Shown here in pieces: positions 11,232-22,608 of a stretch of 64,000 nucleotides of DNA. The notes under the pieces are model-generated. The model had not been told where the DNA came from, ran no database searches, and saw nothing but the letters and a program-made list of their open reading frames with translations. The stretch's first letter is position 1; each line of letters begins with the position of its first letter. The stretch is from Selaginella moellendorffii (Eukaryota; Plantae; Lycopodiophyta). Made by a program: the position numbers and the translations under genes. Location of the stretch: the NCBI RefSeq assembly GCF_000143415.4, contig NW_003314264.1, positions 3,833,229 through 3,897,228 of the forward strand. Reading direction: 5' to 3'.

Positions 11232-12312
11232 ATGAGGTGGCTCTTTGGTTGCTTCAGCAGTCGCAAAGAGAGACCAAATCGACAAAAGAAGGTGGATTGG
11301 TGGATTGGTACTGATTTTCTTTGTATTGTTTCACGACGGATCTTGCAGCCTGTGAAGCTTTTTGCGACTGCGTGTCAAGCTCTCCTACAGAAAGGTACGA
11401 GACTATATGTTTTGTTTTTGCGATTTAAATGGTTTGTTCCATCGACAGCTTCAAGCCGGCCTGACAAGGCACAAGTACTTCCGGACTCTGGATTGGAAAA
11501 TGACGAGAAAGGAATATCCCGACGGCGTGATCCAGAGGTAAGTTGATTCATCTCTTTTCTCAACTCCAGTTTATCTCAAAGGCTTCAGTTTTTTCACTTC
11601 ATCTATTTTTCACTTGCAACAGCTGATCAAGGCACGCGATAAATTGCGAGCTCACGATGATCCTGAGTAAGTGCGACTGCTATGTTGACAACTTCAGGTA
11701 ACTCATCTGACGCTGGTTAAATGGATTTGGCATGATGGAACTTCAAGAGCCGGCTTACCACGTGAAGATCATAACAAGGAAGCGTTTCATAGCGCAGCTC
11801 ACGAGGGCGACGGAGACCTTTCAGTACCGGCAGAGTCGAGCATTCATGGCAAGGACACCCGTGACGATTATCTCAGCATCGACTCGGTTTTCCCGGCCTC
11901 TTTATTCTCGGACGAGAGGTTTGGCTCCTCGGAGGGCGATTTTTCTATTTGCAAACCCGCTCCTCGCAGCTTCAAGAAGACCGAGGTCTCAGAGGACTCC
12001 ACCTCCCTCTCGAGCGAAACCAGGAGCACGCAAACGCAGATGAGCTTTGATGAGAAGCCGATCATGGGTCTGGTTGCGGCCGACTGGCTCGAGCCGGACA
12101 CTTCGGAAGTAAAGTCTTACAAGGCGTGGGATGGGAAAGGGATCCCAAACTCCCCGTCCAAATACAAGGAGGTGAGTGAGGACTTTCTCAGCAAAATCTA
12201 ACGCGATGTGTGATGTGTATCTTTGCAGGATCAAACGATAAACTTCCAAACGATTTCGTTTGAGGCACGGCTTGAGCGTGCACTGGCTGCTCAGAGCGTG
12301 ATGGAACACTGA
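11232..12312 (+). CDS. JAS: JASON-like protein, multi-exon
   Basis: N-terminus MRWLFGCF. C-terminal block PIMGLVAADW...WDGKGIPNSPSKYKEDQTINFQTISFEARLERAL, matching the recalled conserved JASON C-terminal motif. Confidence 0.8.
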
Positions 12313-12516
12313 GTAAGCCTGGAATACATAATGTAAACTTATAATGTTCCAGCTCTTGTTTTCTAATGGTGTTTATAACTAAAGATGAAAAAGGGGAAAA
12401 AAAACTTTTAAAAAAACAGAAAGCAGGGTTAGGCCGTTTTTAAAAATGGAAACGATACCTAAGAATATGCTCTGCTAAGCCCTAAAATTACTCACTTTAA
12501 ATACTTTAATGTGTAT

Positions 12517-12580
12517 GCCACGTGGCATTTTTATATATTAGTTTTGAGGTTTAGGGTTAGGTCTGTTGTTAGGGTTTAGG
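12517..12580 (+). promoter_or_regulatory. G-box and telo-boxes upstream of RPL12
   Basis: GCCACGTGGC palindrome at 12517-12526. TTAGGGTT(T) twice within 12550-12580. Telo-boxes are typical of plant ribosomal-protein promoters. Confidence 0.65.
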
Positions 12581-12610
12581 AGCTTCAGCGCAGCCGCCGC
12601 CGCCGCCGCC

Positions 12611-13111
12611 ATGGCTCCCAAGCTCGATCCATCGCAGGTAGTGGAGGTGTTCGTCCGCGTCACGGGAGGCGAGGTAGGCGCTGCGTCGTCGCTGGCCCCA
12701 AAGATCGGCCCCCTGGGTCTCTCACCCAAGAAAGTGGGAGAGGACATCGCCAAGGAGACGGTCAAGGACTGGAAGGGGCTGCGCATTACCGTGAAGCTCA
12801 TCGTCCAGAACAGGCAGGCCAAGGTGGAGGTTGTGCCCAGCGCCGCCGCGCTCGTGATCAAGGCGCTGAAAGAGCCGGAGAGAGATCGCAAGAAGGTGAA
12901 GAACATCAAGCACAGCGGCAATATCTCCCTCGAGGACGTGATCGACATCGCCAAGATCATGAAGCACAGGTCCATGGCCAAGGAGTTCAAGGGGACCGTG
13001 AAGGAGATCCTTGGGACGTGCGTCGCGGTGGGGTGTACCGTGGATGGGAAGAGCCCCAAGGATCTGCAAACGGAGATCGACGATGGCGAGGTGGACATCG
13101 CCGAGGTTTGA
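12611..13111 (+). CDS. RPL12: 60S ribosomal protein L12 (uL11), single coding exon
   Basis: [48 protein letters not shown]...[15 protein letters not shown]. Confidence 0.97.
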   Translation: MAPKLDPSQVVEVFVRVTGGEVGAASSLAPKIGPLGLSPKKVGEDIAKETVKDWKGLRITVKLIVQNRQAKVEVVPSAAALVIKALKEPERDRKKVKNIKHSGNISLEDVIDIAKIMKHRSMAKEFKGTVKEILGTCVAVGCTVDGKSPKDLQTEIDDGEVDIAEV

Positions 13112-13623
13112 GAGGGAAGGATTATATGCTACTTGTGTGGATGTTCTTTTTTGGTATGTTTGAATCAATGGAGACGAACTTTAACTTTTGTTTCGATCAA
13201 GGATAGAAAGTAAACATTGGGGTCATTGAATTGGAAGGATTGATTGGTAAAACCTTGTGACAGATTGATCCTTTTATTCATGCTTGAATAGCGCGTAGGA
13301 AAACCATTGGACGAGTAGAGTTTCGAAGATGCTTTCAGCAGCTTTGCTTTTGTCCTTGTCATTGATGTTGCGAGACTTTCCATCGACCATTTTTTCGTCG
13401 CAAACCTTCTCGCTCGTTCGAATCGCTCGTTTTCGCAGCGAATCCATTACAATACCTATACCAAACCCTCCGAAAGACCTACCTTATATAGGAAAGTGGA
13501 AAAGGTATTATTCGTCGAATATCCTAAAATGGTCAGTGACTATTTGTAGAATATTCTTAAAGTTTAGTGATTATTCGTGGAATCCTTGAAGTTTCCGGTA
13601 AACCCTAATCCACGAACAAGGTC

Positions 13624-15168
13624 ATGGTCGCTACTCCTCCTTCCTCCTGGATCCTCCTCCCTCTCATCGCCATCGCCGCCACATTGTACGCGCTGCTCTT
13701 CTCGACCATCGCACCGCCGGCGCGTGGGATCCAGGAGCTCGCCGTGGACGCCAATGCGCCTTCTTCTTGCGATTACTCGGCGGGGACGTGGGTGTTGGAT
13801 CCCTCGCGGCAGCCTTCCTACTCGGAAGACTGCCCCTTCCACAGGAATGCGTGGAATTGCCAGAGGAGCCGGCGGCCGGGAATGGAGAGGATCTCGGCGT
13901 GGCGGTGGATTCCCAGGCAATGCGAGCTCCCGGCTGTGGATCCCGCGGGATTCCTGGCCGCGATGAGAGGCCGGCGATTAGGGTTCGTGGGGGACTCGCT
14001 CAACGAGAATTTCCTCGTTTCTTTGCTCTGCGTGTTGCGCCGCGGCGATCCCGTGGCGCGCAAGTGGAAGCGCAAGGGCGCGTGGAGGGGAGCGTTCTTT
14101 CCTTCTTTCAACGTCACCATTGGCTATCATAGAGCTGTCCTTCTAGCTCAATACCGCGAGTAAGCTCTCTCTCTCTCTCTCTCATAAGCTTAGGCACTTA
14201 TGGAGAGCTCTCGTATAGAGTAGACTCATCTCTCTCATAGATCATAGAGCATAGAAGATCATAGAGAGCTCATCTCTCATAGATCATAGAGAGAGCTCAC
14301 TTATAGAGTAAGCTCTCCCTCTTATAGGCAAGTCGCTTTGGTTTTTTTCCATTGTTGCCGTTTGTCATGCTTTTGTTTGTTCCTTTTCTTTCTTTTCTTG
14401 TAGGAAGGCTACAGCCAAGTGATCTTCCAGGGCCACTCAAGAACACCAAGCTAAAGAAGGCGTTTCGGGTGGACGTTGACGTGCCTGCTCCAGACTGGGC
14501 CAGTGTTCTCAGCTTCTACGACGTGTTTATCTTCAACACGGGGCACTGGTGAGAATCTCTTGCAGCAGAAAAAATTCTGATTTGATTGCCCAGGTGGAGC
14601 CGAGACAAGTTTCCAGATGACGAGCCTCTAGTTTTCTACAGGAGAGGCAAACCGGTCCTGCCACCCTTGGGAATGAGAGAGGGCCTTTCGGCAGTGCTGC
14701 GTCATATGGTTCCACGCATCGAAGCCGCGCTGCCATCCACCGCTCTGGCGCTCTGGAGGCTCCAGTCCCCGCGGCATTTCGAAGGTGGCGAGTGGAATCA
14801 GAACGGGAGCTGTATGTCCGAGACGCTGTTGTCCGATCAAGAGGTGCATGCTTCCTTCCATTTCCTTCCATTCTAACAAGAGTTTGCAGCGGGAGAAATG
14901 GTTTAGCAGTGGAACAAACAGCGAAGCGCGCGAGATCAACACGCTCATCCAAGAAGTTCTCCAAACGAGCCAAAAGTTTCGGGTGCTAAACATCACACCT
15001 CTGAGCGAATACCGACGAGACGCTCATCCCGCGATCTGGCTGGGACGAAAAGACGCGCACTTGACGTGGGGGCAGGACTGCTTGCACTGGTGCCTCCCGG
15101 GGCTCCCAGACACCTGGGTCGATATCCTTTGCGAAATCATCCTTGGATTCTTCCATTCCAGAGCTTAA
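13624..15168 (+). CDS. Trichome birefringence-like (TBL/DUF231) polysaccharide O-acetyltransferase, TBL12-like, 4 exons
   Basis: N-terminal TM segment; PMR5N-type CDYSAGTWV; GDS motif (GFVGDSLNEN); FNTGHWW; DxxH motif (QDCLHWCLPGLPDTW). Confidence 0.92.
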
Positions 15169-15323
15169 GAAAAAAAAATTTAAAAAATACTTTGTAGCAT
15201 TTTCTCTTGCGAGAAAATCTCTTTGCCTTGTCTCTAAACGTTCCTCTTCCTCCAGGAACTTCGGGAAAAGAACTGGCTATGAACAGAAAGAATATGGCGT
15301 CAATGTATGTACATGGAAGACTT

Positions 15324-17383
15324 CTACCTCCTGGTTCTGGAGCTTGACGCGAAGAGCTTCAACTTTTGGGACATGGGAGTGGCACTCCGCTGCCTCTGCT
15401 TTCGTTTCCTCCGGGTCTCCCCCCACCTGACCAGCCACGGCAGCGCCGCTCCACCGCCGCCAGGACTCGCCGCCGCCGCCGCCGCCGCGGGTGGCACGCT
15501 CGAGGATCGTCGGGACGCCTTGCTGGGACTAGAGTAGTGATCCAGCGTCGACACTGGGCTCGTCATCCTCGAGTTGGAGGAGCCTTCCAAGCGTGAGATG
15601 TTGCAAAACTTTCCACTCCGCCGGCTAGCGTTGGTCGACGGATCCACCCGCGAGCCACCACCAGCGCTGGTGGCGCCGTCGCTGGACCGCAGCAACCCGC
15701 TCATGATCTGCCAGTCCTCCGTGATCTCCTGCCTCGACAGCGACGTGATGCTCGGCAGCGTGTCGTTTCGAAAGTCCCGCTGCTTCTTGCTCGATCTCGT
15801 TGGCCTTCCCGTGCTGGTGGTGGAAGGTTTGGTGTTGTGTCCGCTTCTGGCCACCGGTTCCTGTTCCACTCGGCTCACTGGTACGTGCTCCGACTCGTCG
15901 ATGGCTTTAAGTTGGAGTGTGGCGCATTCGAAGTGATCGATCTCTGGAGAGCTTCCTCCGCCGTCTTCTTCTACGTCCATTCCAACGCCGGCTTCAGCTG
16001 GTATGGCGTCCGCAAACCACGCAACGGAGTCCTTCAGCGAGGGACTGGATTCCTTCCGGTTGCAGGGTGTCTTGTCCAGCGTGAGGCTGAGTAGAATTGA
16101 AGCTGCAAGGCTTGCAACTTCATCTTCACTGATTTTCTCTTCGGCAGCTTTATCCTTCTCTGGCGGCCGAGCCTGACTGCCTGTGAGATTCCCGTTTCCA
16201 GCCGAGGATGCGTTTGCCCAGTAGGAGTTTTGTTGTCCTTCAAAGACTGTGAACATGGTTTCTACTTTGCATGCCGCCTTCGTGCCTATCGTATCTCTGT
16301 AAGTATTTCCTCCAACTATGCCATTTGAATCCTTTTTCACACCAGGGATCGTCACGTAATAGTTCAAACCCATGGTGTTCTCGTACCCGTTCTTAAGCTG
16401 ACCATTTCTATCTGCTTGTTGCTGTGAGCTATCTGCGTACCGTTTTGTAGCCAACGAAAACAAGCTACCAGATGAACCATTTACGAGCCCATCCCACGTT
16501 ACTGGTAAATGAGAAGCAGCTAGCCCGTTAAAATATGCTGTTCCAGACACCTGCCATGGATGGGGAGTAGCATGCATGTTTTGTTGCATGCCGCCTGCTT
16601 GCTGGTGCCCATACCATAAACCTGTTCGACCATCCTGCTCTCGGCTTGAGACTACTGCTGGCGTTGGAAAACCTGTGCTAGCGAACCGTCCAGAAGAATT
16701 TTTTGAATCTTCCCAACCATGAAGTGGAGCCTGTGCAAACCCATTTGGCATTTGGAGCTGAAAAAATCCGGAGGCCGAAGCTTGGTTATTGTTTCCGATT
16801 CCCTGAAGCAATCGAAACTTATAAGCACATAAGTAGGCGTAGCAAAAGCTTAGATTTACCTCGAGAAGCCATTGTTGATGATTTTTCTGCAAGCACGTCG
16901 CCTGCCTTTCTTTTTGGCCGACGGAGAAACTTTGCACATGACTTTTCATGTCTGAATAGTCCAGCCTCGGTCGTTTCATCGAGCCGCAGTGCAAGAACAG
17001 CTCTAAATCGCAATTGACGTCTGTTGGACAAGGCTTTAGATCCAATTCCTGATCCACATTTTCGTCGGGAAGCTTTTCCAGGTCAAAGCCTTTCGGGAAT
17101 CCTGTTTTGGTCGGCTCCTCTTTCAGAGGGAAAAACTGGTGATGCTGAGGAGGATTCCCATTTGGGCCGCTAAGATTTGTGGCACCCAGTTCGTCCATCA
17201 TTGATTTCTGCACCTCGTACAGGTAATGAAGTGCTTGGACCTGAAAAGATTAAAAAAATTAGCGAAAACCAACGCGGAAAAAAAGAAAAAAAAAATTTTG
17301 ACCTGTTCTCTGTAGATTTTCTCCTGCCTTAACATTGTCTCTCGGACGAGCATGCACTCGACGGAACTTAGATGACCCTCCAT
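15324..17383 (-). CDS. Plant DUF863-family protein
   Basis: N-terminal RETMLRQEKIYREQV...QKSMM; GFDLEKLPDE; RDFRNDTLPSITSLSRQEITEDWQ; WGETRRKRKQR. Confidence 0.8.
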
Positions 17384-18257
17384 GTCCTATCTACTCGTGA
17401 ATCATCCTGGAACAAGGAAGAGAACGCATCCTTTAGTCACATTGCAATGCTTCTCGAGGGAGAAAGAGAGAGAGAGATAGAGAGATTTTCGAACGCATTC
17501 AATGCCAGAATTTAGAGAATGCGACAGCTAATGCTAAGCCAGGCACCAGAAAAACAAAGAATCGTCTTCCACACCCCACATCCAGACACGCAAGAACACA
17601 AAACTCTCACACACGCACGCACACACACACACACACCTGATAATTCCTTCCCCACGGCTCCCAAATTCTCCTCCCCGGCCCTAGCAATATCTCCCTAGAC
17701 AGCTCAAGAACCTGGTCTTTCCACCGCGCCGCGCCGAAATATCCTTCGATCTGTGCCGACGCCGCGCGATAGAGCGCCTGGAGCGCGAGAATCGCAGAGG
17801 AGAGATCAGCCGCCGAGCGCTGGCCGCCGCGATTGAGCCGCGCCGCGAGCGTCGCGCGAGGAGGCGAGCTCCGCCATAGCCGCTAGGCTTTTGGCCTTCT
17901 TGCTTGAGAAGCAAAATACCTATACTTACACTCACACACACAAAAGAGTAGTAGTCTCGCCAGCATCCAACAGAATGAATGATTCTGACAAAGGGGCGCA
18001 TCACAAGGGGATTAAACTAAGGCACTTTACGTGCTTTTTTAACCATGGGGCGAAACTTTTCTTCCCTCGCATTTTTCTATTCTAGGGATTTTACCTGCTA
18101 CGCTAAGTACAAGGGAATATTACGCGGCGATGCCCCATGTATACTACACGTGCATGGAATCACTGACAGGTGATTGGCCGGCGTCACGAGTGACGGGTGG
18201 GGGTTTGGAACTGACGGCCTCGCGAGTTTTCCTCTGACGGGCCAGACGACCCTTGGA

Positions 18258-18790
18258 GAAAACCAACCTTCCCATGTTCGAATCTCACGAGGTTATTTTT
18301 CTTTGGTGGCTTTGACAAGGAATATAAGAGAAATATTCATGCTTCTCTCTTCTCTCATGAGCTTCGAAACTGGAAAAGAAGCTCGATAGAGATTGTGTGA
18401 CTGACCAAACAAAAAACTCTATAGGCATAGCAGTAAACAAAACTTCATGATCTCGGCCATCTCGCGGCCACCTCGGACTCAGTTCATCATTGCGATAGCG
18501 ATAGCTCGTCCCTGGCCGCCTATTCTTTTTCCTCGTTTTCTCACCGTTTTAGCGAAAATGCTCTCGTCGTCGCGAAATGCCGCGTAGCGTGACGATGCCG
18601 TCTAAAGACTTAGTCATCTCGGTCACCACGTCCACCACAGAAGCGACCACTGGGTCACTGTAACCACTGGAAGCTATACTGTCAAGTCCACCTCGGCCAC
18701 CTTGTCGTTAAAATGCCATTGTCGGATCTGCCACGGGCGGGCACCTCCTCGTCCACGGACCAGACCATGACCGGCCCGAGGCTTGTAATT
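18258..18790 (-). pseudogene. Decayed partial duplicate of the 3' coding end and 3' UTR of the adjacent VAR3/OZ gene
   Basis: 18258-18424 matches 18985-19094 (AACCTTCCCATGTTCGAATC, AAGGAATATAAGAGAAATATTCAT, AAAAACTCTATAG). Residual GTCATCTCGGTC and CACCTCGGCCACC motifs follow, as in the RGG repeats, with no ORF. Confidence 0.65.
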
Positions 18791-19128
18791 AATCCTATGA
18801 TTTTCCCTGGACCAAGTCCTCAAGTATTCTCTGATAATTCCCTTGAATGCCGGCTACTCATCCTTTCCACAATGCCACATTCCTCCTACTGGCACGAACT
18901 TGTCGATTAATAAAGTATTAGATAACTAATTAATTAATTATCCTGCAAAAGTGAAGTTTAGACTTAATTAAGCTAATATAGGAGGAAACCTTCCCATGTT
19001 CGAATCCTGCTGTTGTTTTTTCGTAAGGAATATAAGAGAAATATTCATACTTCTCTTCTCTCATGTAGAGATCGTCAAACGAAAAACTCTATAGAAACTT
19101 ACGCACCAACGTCGTCGCCTTCTTCTCT

Positions 19129-22100
19129 TCAGTAGTCCTGGCCTCTAAAGCCGGATCCTCCTCTCCCCCGGAATCCACCGCGCCCGCCACCACGGAAGCC
19201 TCCTCCCCCTCCACGGCCGCCGCCAAAGTCATCTCGGTCTCCAAAGCCGCCGCGGCCACCTCGGCCTCCACGAAAGCCACCACCACTCCGGAAGTCATCT
19301 CGGTCTCCATATCCGCCTCGTCCGCCGCGTCCACCTCGGAAGTCATCACGGTCTCCAAAGCCACCACGTCCACCGCGGAAGCCGCCGCCGTCACGGTCAC
19401 CGTATCCACCTCTTCCACCTCGGAAGCCACCGTCGCGGTCGCCATAGCCACCTCGTCCGCCCCGGAAGTCATCCCGGTCACCGTAGCCCCCTCGTCCACC
19501 CCGGAAGTCATCTCGGTCGCCATATCCTCCACCACGGCCGCCGTAGCCTCCACCTCGGCTTCCAAACCGGCCCCCGCCACGACCACGGCCTCCAAACCGG
19601 CCGCCACCTCCACCGTCGTCATCACTCTCGTCGCTAAAGTCGTCGCCGTTGCCGTATCTGCCTCGGCCACCTCCTCCTCGTCCGCGGCCCCGACCACGAC
19701 CGAAACGAGGCTCGTCATCCTCGCTCAGGAAATCGTCGCTGTCCAAGTCGGAAGCGTCGTCGCTGGCGTCAAACTTCTTATGGCCAAACCGGCTGCCTCT
19801 TCCTAATGCTCCGCGAGCTCCTCCTCGGCCGCCACGGCCTCCTCTCGAAAAACGGTCGTCTTCGCTCACGTCGTCGCTGTCGTCGTCGAGGTCGTCGTCA
19901 AGTCGCGAACGGAGTCCACCACGGCCTCTTCCTCTGGCTCCTCGACCACGACCACCACGGGAGCTTCCAAAGTCGTCGTCGTCATCACTGAGATCGTCCA
20001 TGCTGTCGTCTTCGCTGTCAAACCGGCCACCACCTCTGCCTCTTGCTCCTCGACCACCTCGGGTGGTGAAGCTACCACCACGTCCTCCACGAGCACCCCT
20101 GCGAGGCATGTCATCGTCGTCACTGTCGTCCAAACTATCATCAAGGTCGTCTTCGCTGTCCTTGGCAAAACTCGCACGACCACCCCTTCCCCGTCCGCTA
20201 GTAAAACTCCGGCCTCGTCCCCCACCGTCGTCTTCTCTAAGTGAGGACGCCCTGGATGCAAATCCTGCTCCTCGCCCTCTACCTCTCATCTGGCCACCAC
20301 CACGTTTGGAGGACGTAAAGTCGTCATCGTCGTCGGAGTCGTCGTTCCATGCATCATTTTTGCTCTGCTTCTTGCCTAAATTTTTCCTGGACCCTACGTC
20401 GAAGTCCTTGTCGTCGGAGTCCTCATCTAAGTCACTCTCGGACTCGGACGCCATTCTCCGATTTTGAAGGGAAGTTGTTCGCTTAGGCGCAACTTTGAAG
20501 TCATCATCGGAGTCGCTGAGACCATCACTGTACTTGCCTTGCGCTTGTTTGGCCTTCCTCTCGAGGTGTGTGTGCTGCCGGGCAAAATCTTCTGGACTGC
20601 CCTCCCACTTCTCTTTGGTTCCTTTTATTGTGTGGAACACCTTGACTGTGTCAGGCCGCTCGGCTTTGCAGTCGTGGCATTCTTCATTTCTTGCAAAGTT
20701 CACGAACCGGCACCTGAGAACGAAGAAGACGACTCGTTTGAAGTTGTTATAAAAAGCATGAACTTACTCTGGACATTCCCAATCTCCGGGGCGCAGATCT
20801 TGTGGCGGACGTGGTGTATGACACTCTCGGCAATGCCTATTCCTACAAAAATTGATGTAATCACACCTGTAGAAAGAGAGAAAACAAAAAAAAAAAAACA
20901 AAAAAACATCAGAACCAGACGAGGAAATTATTCAATCTTACTCGACGCATTTCCAGTCTCCAGGTTTCATTTCATAGTTCTCGTTTTGTGGACGGCTAGT
21001 TTTCGGTTTTGCAATCACTTCCTGACGGTCACGAGGCAGTGTAGGATCCCGAGAGACGGCACCTAGACTGGTAAGCTGCCTCAAGATGTTCTTCACAGCA
21101 GTCTTGGTTTTTTCAGGGAAATCCGAACCCTCGGAAGTACACACCACAAACTGGAAAAGATACTGTAGAGCATCACTGGTTGAAGCCGTCGAGTCTGGAG
21201 GCAAGTATGCACGACTGCAGTCGTCTTTCTTAGAGCAAGACTTGCAAACCTGGATAAAAGAAAAGGAAAACGACCAGTAAATCTAGAAAAAGGAGCCAGC
21301 TTTTGATTACTTACTTCTGCTTCCTCGACGTTACAAAATCCTCGCAACCTCTTTCCAGAGTTGACAGCCTTACGAAGTGTAGTCGGACAAGGATGACTGG
21401 CCAAAACTTTCAAGTCGCCCATTGGAAGCATCCTGCAAAGATTAAGAACAGAAGTCTGAGCTAAAAAGGATATTGGAAAGTAAAGGAAGGAAAAAAAAAC
21501 TTACTTGAGGATGTCGTCCCTCTCGGTGCTGAAACGCTTGAAAGCCTCTGCGATGTTTGAGAAGCTTTCATAAGCCGCCTCACCCTTCACAAGCTCCTCG
21601 GCATTAAGCTTGAAGTAATTCTTCTGCTTGAGCAGCGCAACGAACTTCCTCCAGGCGTCCATCACCTCCCCACCAATGGACGAGTCCAGCGTTTGCCTGT
21701 GACCAACAACTCTCTGCTTTGATGCCAACACGTCTTCGATCTCACTGTCGCTCAAGTCGGACACCTCCTTCCCATTCTCGGCTCTGACATCAAAGTCCGA
21801 GTCCGACCCGGACTCCAGCTTCTTAAACTCCTTCTCGAGATCCGAGTCGGACGCCACATCCTCCTCCACCTCCGACTCGGTAGAAGCCCCAAGAGCGTCC
21901 TCAATCTCAGAGTCATCGAGCTCCGAGAAATCGCTTTCATCGTCCGACTCCATAGCAGCAGCAGCGGCCTTTGCAGAGAGCTTGCTGCGCTGGCCAGCCG
22001 ACGCCCCCCGGCCTGTGGAGCTATTGATCTTGTCCATCTCTCTCGCCATCTTCATATTCTCCAGCTTGAGCGACTTGGTCTTCTCCTCCTCACCTTTGAG

Positions 22101-22466
22101 CGACTTGTTGAGCGCTTCTATCTCACCGTCCTTCCCTTTGACGCGCTCCTTGAGCGACATCAACCCATCCTCGGCATCCTCCTCCTCGGTGGAGACCGCC
22201 GCTGATTTCCCAGGAGTGTAGCATCTTGTGGAAAGAACCCCAAGCGCCGTTGGGAGGAATCGCGACACCCCAAACAATGCCTGCATTCCTGCCGTGCTGC
22301 TGCTGCTCCGTCCAAATGCCGGAGCTCCAGCTCGCGGCGCTCTAGTTTTGCGAAGAAGCATACCTTGCGTGGTGATTGCCCTACATTGCCACGAGCGGCT
22401 GCTGGCGGAGACGAGCGAGAGACGCGAGCAAAGGCCCGCCGGCGCCATTGCTCTGGAAACGTTCAT
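19129..22466 (-). CDS. VAR3/OZ-family organellar RanBP2 zinc-finger protein with long acidic/RGG C-terminus, 5 exons
   Basis: R/S/A-rich presequence; family motif RKAVNSGKRLR...VCKSC...CSRAY; two RanBP2 fingers (GDWKCVECDYINFCRNRHCREC, GDWECPECRFVNFARNEECHDC); then about 490 aa of D/S- and RGG-rich sequence. Confidence 0.85.
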
Positions 22467-22608
22467 AGCCGCGCCTTAAACCCTAAACCACCATGGATAA
22501 AACCCTAGACCTAAAGGGTTTAACACAACCTCCTCCATCCAACGGCTATGGGGGTGTCGAGATCTTTCTTTAAAATTTAAAACTTTTTAGGTTTTAGGGC
22601 TCTCAGCC
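22467..22608. promoter_or_regulatory. 142-bp bidirectional promoter region (OZ / CBBY-like)
   Basis: AAACCCTA telo-boxes at 22478 and about 22500, TCCAACGGCTA at 22537-22547, between divergent ATGs. Confidence 0.65.

Noticed and set aside
12538-13168. Antisense ORFs over RPL12 (likewise 19649-20467 over OZ and those over PPR and NRL)
   Set aside because: These are shadow ORFs of GC-rich or repetitive coding strands, with no recognisable motifs.
18990-19021. tRNA or SINE suggested by GTTCGAATCCTGC followed by a T run (similar B-box-like words at ~54160-54210 on the minus strand and ~60718)
   Set aside because: No cloverleaf, acceptor stem or properly spaced A box could be built.
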